From NCBI GenBank assembly GCA_000092065.1, contig CP000589.1: a stretch of 64,000 nt of DNA, one strand, 5' to 3'. Under the pieces are notes generated by a model. That model made no database searches. It was not told where the DNA came from and saw nothing but the letters and a program-made list of their open reading frames with translations. Shown piece by piece: positions 56,969 through 64,000 of this stretch (within the stretch, counting starts at the first letter, position 1; the number at the start of each line of letters is the position of its first letter). Source of the stretch: Ostreococcus lucimarinus (Eukaryota). Position numbers and translations under genes: made by a program.

Positions 56969-59761
56969 ATGCATCGCATCGCGCGCGTCGCCATGTCCTC
57001 GGCGCCCCTGCACGACGCGCGCGCGCGCGGAAGGATGTCCGACGCGAAACGCGCGCTCGTCGCGCGCGCGAGAGGCGCGTTCGACGCCGTCGCGGGACGG
57101 CGTCGACGCGTGAACGTCGCGAGCGGTGGTGACGAACGCGGGACGACGACGCGGGAGGACGCGCGCGCGAGCGATGGGGACGACGCGAACGGGTACCGAC
57201 GCCCGCCGGACGCGCTGACGCAGTTCACGGAGCGACCGCAGAGCCCGAACGTGACGGTGTCGCCCGATCGAAGGCGCTTGCTGTATTTGCACAAACCGCC
57301 GCCGCTGCCGGACGTGGCGACGCTCGCGCGAGAGGAGGTGAAACTGGCGGGCGTGCGGATCGATGCGGCGCAAAATTCGACGTCGAGGATGGGACATCAA
57401 ACGAAATTGGCGATCGGAGCGATGCCTGCGAGAGAGGAGGAGATCGGAGCGGCGGAAGATTTCGTCGGGACTCCGGAGAACGCGCTGATTAACTACGTGA
57501 GTTGGTCGCCGGATGGGACAAAGATAGCGTTTACGACGCGCTCGAGCGGAGAACCGGGTGAGCCAGAGCGAGGACCGTTGACACTTTGGATCGCCGACGC
57601 GCACACGCGACAGTGCCGAGTGCTGCTTCCCGATCGTGGGTTGAATACTATTTTTGAGTCGTACAGTTGGTTGAACGACGACGTCATCGTCGCGTGTTGC
57701 ATTCCAGAAAATCGACCCAAGGAAGCGCCGAAGCGACCGCAGACGCCGTTCGGGCCGAGAATTCAAACAAACCGAGGTGGTAACGTGGCACAGGCGCGAA
57801 CGTACGCCGATTTATTGAAAGACTCGCACGATGCGGATTTATTCGATTACTATTGTTCGTCGGAACTCGTGGCGGTGGACGTCTCCACCGGGGCGACGAA
57901 GACTTGGGGTGATGGAAAGGCGAGAATCTACACGCGCTGCGATCCGTCGCCCGACGGAAAATATGCTATCGTCGAAGCCATTCATCGGCCCTACTCGTAC
58001 TCGGTGCCGTGTGGTAGGTTTCCAAAGAAGGTTTGGGTGGCGGACAGCGACGGCAAAGTCGTGCGCGAGGTCGCGGACTTACCTTTGGCCGAGAATGTGC
58101 CCATCGTGCACAACGCCACGCGTAAAGGACCTCGTGCGGTGAACTGGCGTTCGGATAAGAGTGCGTCGTTGTACTGGACCGAGGCGCAAGATGAGGGTGA
58201 TCCGAGAGTCGAAGTCTCCCCTCGAGACGTCACGTACACGGTCGACGTCGGCAAAGATCCTGCGGCGACGCCCAAGACGCTGTTTCAAACTGATTATCGC
58301 TACGGTGGCGTCGCATGGGGCGGCGATGATATGTCGATTTTATATGAGAGTTGGTACAAGACACGCACGTCGCGAGTGTGGGTGACTTCGCCGGGCGACG
58401 CCGATCCGAATGCGACAAAGCGCATGCTTTGGGAGCGCGACTACGAAGACAGTTACAACGCTCCCGGTTCATTTGCTACACGCCGGACGGAAGATGGATC
58501 GTACATTCTGGCGCGTGTCGTCGGACCGACGCCGTTGGGAGAAGGTAAACCCACGGGTCCGGGAGTGAAGCTGTTGTTGCAGGGAGACGGCGCGAATCCA
58601 GAAGGCGATAGACCCTTCATCGACTTGTTCGACGTCGACACCGGCGCCAAGCATCGAATGTGGGAAAGCAAACCGCCGTATTTGGAGCATCCGGGGAGTT
58701 TGATCAGCGATTACGGCGGCCCCGAGGCGGCGCCTGTCACGCTCGAAACTATGCGCATATTGTTCTCTCGAGAGAGCCCGTCGGAGAATTCGCAATTCTT
58801 TTCGCTTCAAATGACCGCCGACGGCTCGCCCGGAAAAGAGGTGAAAATTTCAAATTTCCCTCATCCACATCCCGACTTAAAGGAGCTGCCGAAGGAAATA
58901 ATCAAGTACAAGCGCGACGACGGCGTTGAGCTCAACGGCACGCTGTACACGCCGCCCGGGTACGACGCCGCGCACGATGGTCCGCTACCACTCCTGATGT
59001 GGGCTTATCCACGAGAGTTCAAAACAAAAGAAGCTGCATCGCAGCTACGCGATTCACCGTATCGCTTCACCGGTATCGGCCCATCGAGCGCGTTGGTGTG
59101 GCTTGCGCGTGGATACGCAGTGCTCGACGGGCCGGCGTTGCCCATCATCGGCGAAGGCGAGGGTGTGGAACCGAACGATACGTACGTCGAACAACTCGTC
59201 GCTGGCGCGCGTGCGGCGGTGAACGAAGTCGTTGCGCGCGGTGTCGCGGATCCGGAGCGCATCGCTGTCGGCGGTCACTCGTATGGCGCGTTCATGGCGG
59301 CGAATTTGCTCGCGCACGCACCGGATTTGTTCGCGTGCGCCATCGCGCGAAGCGGGGCATACAATCGAACGCTAACGCCTTTCGGGTTTCAAGCCGAAGA
59401 ACGCACGCTGTGGGAAGCGCCGGAAACGTACAACGCGATGTCACCGTTCATGAACGCGCACAAGATTAAAAAGCCGATTTTATTGATCCACGGCGAGGAG
59501 GATCAAAACAGCGGTACCCATCTCATGCAATCCGAACGCTTCTTCTCCGCTCTCAAGGGTAACGGTGCCGAGGTCAAGCTTGTCATTTTACCGCACGAGT
59601 CTCACGGCTATCGCGCCAAAGAAAGCATCAACCACATGCTCGCCGAGACGTCTGATTGGCTGGACGCGCACTGCGCGCCAGGGGCGAAGAAAGCCGCCGA
59701 GGCGCGCGCGGAGGAAGCCGCCAAGGCGAAGCGCGACGCCGAGGAGATGGTTTCGAAGTAA
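56969..59761 (+). CDS. S9 family serine peptidase (prolyl oligopeptidase / glutamyl endopeptidase CGEP-like), organelle-targeted
   Basis: N-terminal beta-propeller region and a C-terminal alpha/beta hydrolase with GGHSYGA (GxSxG), plus downstream Asp and His (HESHGY). Confidence 0.8.
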   Translation: MHRIARVAMSSAPLHDARARGRMSDAKRALVARARGAFDAVAGRRRRVNVASGGDERGTTTREDARASDGDDANGYRRPPDALTQFTERPQSPNVTVSPDRRRLLYLHKPPPLPDVATLAREEVKLAGVRIDAAQNSTSRMGHQTKLAIGAMPAREEEIGAAEDFVGTPENALINYVSWSPDGTKIAFTTRSSGEPGEPERGPLTLWIADAHTRQCRVLLPDRGLNTIFESYSWLNDDVIVACCIPENRPKEAPKRPQTPFGPRIQTNRGGNVAQARTYADLLKDSHDADLFDYYCSSELVAVDVSTGATKTWGDGKARIYTRCDPSPDGKYAIVEAIHRPYSYSVPCGRFPKKVWVADSDGKVVREVADLPLAENVPIVHNATRKGPRAVNWRSDKSASLYWTEAQDEGDPRVEVSPRDVTYTVDVGKDPAATPKTLFQTDYRYGGVAWGGDDMSILYESWYKTRTSRVWVTSPGDADPNATKRMLWERDYEDSYNAPGSFATRRTEDGSYILARVVGPTPLGEGKPTGPGVKLLLQGDGANPEGDRPFIDLFDVDTGAKHRMWESKPPYLEHPGSLISDYGGPEAAPVTLETMRILFSRESPSENSQFFSLQMTADGSPGKEVKISNFPHPHPDLKELPKEIIKYKRDDGVELNGTLYTPPGYDAAHDGPLPLLMWAYPREFKTKEAASQLRDSPYRFTGIGPSSALVWLARGYAVLDGPALPIIGEGEGVEPNDTYVEQLVAGARAAVNEVVARGVADPERIAVGGHSYGAFMAANLLAHAPDLFACAIARSGAYNRTLTPFGFQAEERTLWEAPETYNAMSPFMNAHKIKKPILLIHGEEDQNSGTHLMQSERFFSALKGNGAEVKLVILPHESHGYRAKESINHMLAETSDWLDAHCAPGAKKAAEARAEEAAKAKRDAEEMVSK

Positions 59762-59876
59762 TCGATCGCGCGGCGCGCCGCACGCATTTATAGTTTTTCC
59801 TTCACTTACTAACTTAGTTACTACAAACCTACACGCCTACACGCCTACACGCCACACGCCTATCCGGCTATGGGAC

Positions 59877-60749
59877 CTAGCTCCAATCGTCGTCGTCGTC
59901 GTCGCCGAATCCGCTGTCGTCGTCCTCAAACCGATCGCTGTGCTCCGAAGAATCGCTCTCGGTGTCGGGATAATCGTCGAAATAACCCGCCGCGTTACTG
60001 TCCGAGTCCCCGTAATCGCTCTCCGCGTCCTCGTCGTCCGCGACGTCGTGAAAATCTCGTACCCGAATCACCGGCGCGTACCCATCGTCGAAATCGTCGT
60101 CGTCCGAGTCGCGCGCGTCCTCGTCCATCATCTCGTACACATCGTACACCCACTCGTCCTCTCCCTCGCTCGCGCTCGTCGACGTCCTCGCGAACGCCTC
60201 CTCTCCCTCGAACGGCGGCGGTCCCGCCTCCGCGTTCGCCTCGCCTCGACTCGCCAAGTACTCGCGCACCATCGGCGCGCAGTTACACATCAGCGCCGAT
60301 TCCATCGCCCGCGCGCGCTCGAGCGAATCCACCATCGCGTCGTACACGCGCGTCTCGCGTCCCGCGCCGTCGTCCGCCGCCCGCGTCTCCGCGTCGTCTC
60401 GCGCCACGCCCTCCGCCACGCGTCTCGCGCGCCGTCGCCGTTTCCGCGCGCCGCGCGCTTCGGACGTCGCGTCGAGCGCGCCGTCCAGCGCGTCGTCCAG
60501 CGCTCGCGCGAGCGCCGCCGCGCGCGCCGCGTTCGCGCCGCGCGCGCCGTCCCCGAATCCATCGTGCGCCTCGACGACCTCGACGACGACGCGCGCGTGC
60601 GACGCGTCGCCGCGCTTGCGCTTCACGCGGACGTACGACATCGCGCGCGGCGTTTTGAGGTCGTCGACCGTCGCGAGCGACGCGTCGGACGACGACGCGT
60701 CGCCGCGTCGGACGCGTCGATCGTCGCGACCGACCGACCGTCCGCACAC
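59877..60749 (-). CDS. Acidic protein, Iwr1-like C-terminal motif possible (DDYPDTESDSSE)
   Basis: ORF with Asp/Glu-rich C-terminal third; weak motif resemblance only. Confidence 0.35.
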   Translation of the reverse strand: MCGRSVGRDDRRVRRGDASSSDASLATVDDLKTPRAMSYVRVKRKRGDASHARVVVEVVEAHDGFGDGARGANAARAAALARALDDALDGALDATSEARGARKRRRRARRVAEGVARDDAETRAADDGAGRETRVYDAMVDSLERARAMESALMCNCAPMVREYLASRGEANAEAGPPPFEGEEAFARTSTSASEGEDEWVYDVYEMMDEDARDSDDDDFDDGYAPVIRVRDFHDVADDEDAESDYGDSDSNAAGYFDDYPDTESDSSEHSDRFEDDDSGFGDDDDDDWS

Positions 60750-61066
60750 GCGGGTGTTTCGTACGGGCGCCCCCTAAAACACCCGCGTGTGGAGGGTAGA
60801 CGAACCGACGATTCGGTCAACGACGGCGCGCGGCGCGATTCGGGGCGACGCACGCGAGACACGCGCGCGAACGCCGCCCCGACGCGTCGCGGGGCACCAC
60901 ACGACGCGCGACGATCGCGCGCGGGATTCGACCGAGCGACCGAGCGACGAAGGGCGCGGGCAGAAGACGCGCGCGCGCGCGCGCGCGCGCGAGGCGAGGG
61001 ATCGGAGCGCGATCGAAAACGCGCGGGAAAGAGCGGGAAGGCGCGAAAAGGGACGGCGGGTAAGGG

Positions 61067-62491
61067 ATGGACGCGGGACGGCGCGTCGGACGACGCGAGG
61101 AGGCGCGGGAGCGTCGACGACGGGACGCGCGAGGCGCGCGGATGGGAGTCGAGGGCGATTTCGACGAGGAGACGGCGCGACTGAGCGCGCGCGTCGCCGC
61201 GGCGGAACGCCGAGACGCGCTGGGGGGGGGGGGCGCGCGACGAAAGAGAAAGGAGGACGCGGTCGCGGATGCGGCGCGAATTCATCTCTTGGAACCGATC
61301 GATGCGCGGACGCGCGGACGCGAGACCGAACGAGTTCGCGAGCAAACGCCGAGACGAGTGTGGTTGGGACGACACGCGTTCGACGTGGACGAGCGGTACG
61401 ACCCGATCAAGACGATCGGGCGCGGGGCGTACGGGGTGGTGTGCTCGGCGAACAATCGCGTCGCGCCGCTGGGTGCGCGAAATACCGTGGCGATTAAAAA
61501 GTTGACGAATTGCTTCGATTCTCCGGTGGAGGCGCGGCGAGCGCTGCGCGAGGTGCATCTTTTGCGACGGTTGAAGCACGAGAACGTCATTAAACTCGAA
61601 GATATCATGATGCCCGTGGGTGATAACGGGCGCATGGATGACGTGTACTTGGTATACGAGCTCATGGACACCGATTTGCATCAAATCATTCGAAGCAAGC
61701 AAGCGCTGTTGGACGAGCACTGTCAGTACTTCATCTATCAAATCTTGCGCGGATTAAAGTACGTGCACAGCGCCAAAGTATTGCATCGAGACTTGAAGCC
61801 GAGCAATATCTTACTCAACGCCAACTGCGACTTGTGCATATGCGACTTTGGGCTCGCGCGAAGCATGGTGGAACGCGGACGAATGATGACGTCGTACGTC
61901 GTCACGCGATGGTATCGCGCGCCCGAGTTGTTGTTGAATTCAGAAGAGTACGCCGCATCGATCGACATGTGGTCCGTGGGGTGTATTTTGGCCGAAATCA
62001 TCGATCGTAAGCCTTTATTCCCTGGGAAAGATTTCATCCACCAAATGCGACTCATCATCGAAACGTTGGGCTCGCCCGAAGAAGCCGACATGGATTTCAT
62101 CTCGTCGCCGTACGCGCGCAAGTACATCGCCAGTCTTCCTCGCAAACCAAAGGTCGATTTCGCGGTTCTTTATCCCGACGCCAATCCATTGGCGATTGAT
62201 CTTCTCGAGCGCACCTTGGTGTTCGATCCTCAACGAAGAATCAGCGTCGACGACGCCTTGGCGCATCCGTATCTCGCCTCGCTCCACGACGCCTCCATGG
62301 AGCCGACGTACACGCCCGCGGCGGACGACCCGCACTTCAAGTCTCTCGACGAACCCGACGCCCACATTCCGGACGAGTACTTGCGCGAGGCCATTTACAA
62401 TCAAATGCTAGACATGAAGTCGGAGCGAGCGGCGGCCAGAGCGTCGTCGACTTCCTTCGCCTTCGCCCCGCGTGCGCAAGCATTTTTGTAA
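61067..62491 (+). CDS. Mitogen-activated protein kinase with atypical T-S-Y activation-loop motif
   Basis: [42 protein letters not shown], and C-terminal MAPK docking region. About 100-aa N-terminal extension containing a G13 homopolymer at 61222-61234. Confidence 0.85.
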   Translation: MDAGRRVGRREEARERRRRDARGARMGVEGDFDEETARLSARVAAAERRDALGGGGARRKRKEDAVADAARIHLLEPIDARTRGRETERVREQTPRRVWLGRHAFDVDERYDPIKTIGRGAYGVVCSANNRVAPLGARNTVAIKKLTNCFDSPVEARRALREVHLLRRLKHENVIKLEDIMMPVGDNGRMDDVYLVYELMDTDLHQIIRSKQALLDEHCQYFIYQILRGLKYVHSAKVLHRDLKPSNILLNANCDLCICDFGLARSMVERGRMMTSYVVTRWYRAPELLLNSEEYAASIDMWSVGCILAEIIDRKPLFPGKDFIHQMRLIIETLGSPEEADMDFISSPYARKYIASLPRKPKVDFAVLYPDANPLAIDLLERTLVFDPQRRISVDDALAHPYLASLHDASMEPTYTPAADDPHFKSLDEPDAHIPDEYLREAIYNQMLDMKSERAAARASSTSFAFAPRAQAFL

Positions 62492-62575
62492 AAGAAGACT
62501 CAAGACGACAACTTTACATCGACGCGCTCTTCGTGCGTCCTGGAGCGGTCGATCGAGTGGAGCGTCGGCGCGACG

Positions 62576-63403
62576 ATGAAACGGGACGTGGTGGTGACAT
62601 CCGTCGCATTCGCGGGCGCCGCGGTCGCGTGCTCGCTCGTCGCGCTTCGAATAACGCGCAAGATTAGGACAAGGACCGGACTCGATCCTTTCGCTGTCCC
62701 GAATGGTTCTTCGCGCGAAAAAGGCGCGGACGGGCGCAAGGCTGCGCTCGTGCTCACGTCACACCCCGATGATGAGTCGTACTTCTTCGCACCGACGATT
62801 CAAGCGCTGAAAGCGGCGAACGTGGAGACACACTTGGTGTGCCTGAGCGACGGCGGCGCCGGCGGGGACGGAGAGACGAGAAAGAAGGAGTTATTGCGCG
62901 TGAAAGAGCTGTTCGAGCTAGAGGGGATGTGCATCGTGGAGGCAGAAGATTTGATGGACGGCATGACGAACGCGTGGCCGGCGAAGACGGTGATGACGGT
63001 GCTGGACGAGTACACCGGGGGGGCGCCGACGACGTTTGATTACGTGGTGACGTTCGACGCGGGCGGTGTGTCAGGACATTTGAATCACGTTTGCACGTAT
63101 GAAGGTACGAAACAGTGGATTGAGGAGCGGAAAGTTAGCATTTCCAGCGATCGGGGCGGTTGTCCGCAGGTCTGGGTATTAGAGACGACAAACGCGGCAC
63201 GAAAGTTGAGCGGAGCGTTGGATTTCGCGACTTCTTATTTAGAAAGTTTGATCGACTCGCGGCGCGTGTTCGTGCCGAGCGCGTCACCTATGCAAGTTCT
63301 CAAGGCTGTCCGCTTACACGCTTCGCAATTCGTGTGGTATCGTAAGATTTTCGTCGTGTTTTCGAGGTACACGTACATGAACACGTTGCGGCGAATCGAT
63401 TGA
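62576..63403 (+). CDS. PIGL: N-acetylglucosaminyl-phosphatidylinositol de-N-acetylase (PIG-L)
   Basis: N-terminal TM. LVLTSHPDDESYFFAPTI and HLVCLSDGGAGGDGETRKKEL match the PIG-L/LmbE zinc-binding motifs. Confidence 0.8.
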   Translation: MKRDVVVTSVAFAGAAVACSLVALRITRKIRTRTGLDPFAVPNGSSREKGADGRKAALVLTSHPDDESYFFAPTIQALKAANVETHLVCLSDGGAGGDGETRKKELLRVKELFELEGMCIVEAEDLMDGMTNAWPAKTVMTVLDEYTGGAPTTFDYVVTFDAGGVSGHLNHVCTYEGTKQWIEERKVSISSDRGGCPQVWVLETTNAARKLSGALDFATSYLESLIDSRRVFVPSASPMQVLKAVRLHASQFVWYRKIFVVFSRYTYMNTLRRID

Positions 63404-63449
63404 TTGTCATCTGATTCTTTTATCGGAAATTTACAGAACGCAAAATCAC

Positions 63450-64000
63450 TCAAACCCACCCGTTCGTGATCGATCTACTAGGTGGCCAATCTCTCGGGTC
63501 CGCGATCGGTAATCGCCAGAATCCTATCGAGCCATCGTAAGAGCCGCTAAACACCGTCGTCGCGTTGCGCCCGGCGCTTGTCAAAACGCGAACGGCGTCG
63601 TGATGACCTTGGAACACTCCGACGCACTCAAACTCGGTCTCCGGTTGCACGCCCCATAACCTCACGGTGGTGTCGTACGAGCCGGAAACCAAGTGGCCGC
63701 CCATGACGCACAGCGCCAGCACGGCTTCGGTGTGGCCGTTGATGATGTGCTTGCAGCTGAAAGTTTCTAAATCCCACACGCGAATAGTCTTGTCCCAAGA
63801 TCCGCTGTACAGGTGTCTATCATCCACCGTCAAAACACGCACGTTGTCACCGTGGCCCTTGAGTTCTTGAACGCACTCGAACGTCGCCGCGTTCCACACG
63901 CGGACGTTGGTGTCGTCTGAACCACTAAATACAAACGGCCCGATGGCGCGGTTGCTCGACGTCGCTTGCCTACGCGGAAAGCACGCCAAAGCACGAACCG
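63450..64000 (-). CDS. WD40-repeat protein, partial. The ORF runs off the window edge, so the N-terminal part lies beyond 64000.
   Basis: Repeated ..GH...V..L......L.SGS.D.T.R.W.. WD units. Confidence 0.6.
   Translation of the reverse strand, partial: VRALACFPRRQATSSNRAIGPFVFSGSDDTNVRVWNAATFECVQELKGHGDNVRVLTVDDRHLYSGSWDKTIRVWDLETFSCKHIINGHTEAVLALCVMGGHLVSGSYDTTVRLWGVQPETEFECVGVFQGHHDAVRVLTSAGRNATTVFSGSYDGSIGFWRLPIADPRDWPPSRSITNGWV

Noticed and set aside
59565-61184. 539-aa + strand ORF spanning the peptidase 3' end, the acidic-protein gene and the MAPK upstream region
   Set aside because: Runs across two real genes on either strand. Translation is an Arg/Pro homopolymer-like artefact of (GCG/CGC)-rich sequence.

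Overview
This window is the left end of a nuclear chromosome from a GC-rich, gene-dense eukaryote, most likely a prasinophyte green alga (Mamiellales-like). The organism assignment is an inference from a TTTAGGG-type telomere, about 63% GC, strong GC3 codon bias, mostly single-exon genes and chloroplast-targeted proteins. Bases 1-194 are a (CCCTAAA)n telomere array, followed by a short lower-GC subtelomere. From about 1 kb onward there are roughly 45 tightly packed protein genes, about one per 1.3 kb. Recognisable products include an MBD4-like glycosylase, RPN12, stromal processing peptidase, TPI, a CAF16-like ABC ATPase, an HVA22 homologue, FBPase, chloroplast 2-Cys peroxiredoxin, UDP-xylose synthase, RPB4, a GPR107-like 7TM protein, alternative oxidase, two HDAC-family proteins, ALG11, TrmL, DcpS, OLA1, an Rsm22-like methyltransferase, an S9 peptidase, a MAPK and PIG-L. 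I also find a tRNA-His(GUG) gene that appears to carry an intron.

The most interesting observations are these:
1. A Prx5-type peroxiredoxin whose peroxidatic Cys codon is an in-frame TGA, with a good SECIS-like hairpin in the 3'UTR. This looks like a selenoprotein.
2. A cell-surface-sugar gene island at about 44.7-57 kb. It holds a nucleotide-sugar transporter, a TylCIII-type sugar C-methyltransferase-like enzyme, a three-domain fusion (nucleotidyltransferase + HAD + APH-like kinase) that looks like a one-polypeptide sugar-salvage or NDP-sugar-activation module, GT25-like and other type-II membrane proteins, paralogous gene fragments, and a mosaic of near-identical segmental duplications copied from the island's own edges.
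3. A ZnT9 (SLC30A9) gene fragment bracketed by perfect 87-bp direct repeats.
4. An interstitial telomere/telo-box motif in a divergent promoter.

All functional calls come from reading motifs in the translated ORFs by eye. No database search was possible. Many long ORFs in this high-GC DNA are antisense artefacts and were discarded.
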